From Carcharhinus longimanus (taxonomy: Eukaryota), in contig JASCQW010000105.1 in assembly GCA_030264375.1 (NCBI GenBank), positions 71,532,602 through 71,596,601 on the forward strand: DNA of 64,000 bases, in the 5' to 3' direction. Positions 63,650-64,000 of the stretch are shown here, in pieces (positions within the stretch are counted from its first letter, which is position 1; each line of letters begins with the position of its first letter). Both the position numbers and the translations under genes were made by a program. Under the pieces are notes generated by a model that was given only the letters and a program-made list of their open reading frames with translations, was not told the origin of the DNA and made no database searches.

Positions 63650-64000
63650 TATTAGTTTACCTATCAATTGTCAGCAAAATGCTAGTCTGTTTGGAATATG
63701 ATATTATGGTAACAGAGTAACTAATGAAGTGATAAAATGTTGATTCTGCCTAATCATATTATGAAAGGGAAATAGTGTTTGACATATTCAGTTATTGTGG
63801 GTCAAACTGATAGAATGAAAAGGGGAGAAAATAGAGGATACAGTATATTTATTTTTAAAAAGTGAAGTGCAGCACAAGTAGTTACTGCACAAGATTATGT
63901 TTCACAGCATTGGAGGCAATATATTAGCATGGATGAAGTTTTATTATTGGACAGGATGCTCAGCAGGAATAAAGAGAGTATTTTCTAGCTGGCAGGCTTT
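63650..64000 (+). mobile_element. Old CR1 RT fragment
   Basis: agtttacctatcaattgtcagcaaaatgctag..ggaggcaatatattagcatggat..ttttctagctggcagg. Confidence 0.6.

Overview
Vertebrate nuclear DNA, almost certainly shark/elasmobranch. It is AT-rich, CpG-depleted and has many N gaps. It is dominated by HE1-type V-SINEs, HER1/CR1 LINE fragments, SacSINE1-like DeuSINEs, L2 and RTE LINE relics, Penelope-like elements and probable solo LTRs. No complete protein-coding gene is visible, and nearly all ORF-track entries are TE fragments or noise. The window looks mostly intronic. A chain of short, well-formed minus-strand candidate exons (47504-47581, 47166-47177, 14362-14461, 4115-4161, one hidden in the gap at ~3793-3812, 2512-2548) can be joined in frame, and a plus-strand candidate terminal coding exon lies at 2314-2438; I cannot name either gene. 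The clearest discrete items are a degraded histone H4 pseudogene (25660-25934, minus), Penelope-like elements carrying minimal hammerhead ribozyme cores, and a series of tiny (60-100 bp) TSD-flanked Penelope-terminus insertions, two of which are hairpins. I found no convincing evidence for a wholly new biological system. TE boundaries are approximate, read by eye.
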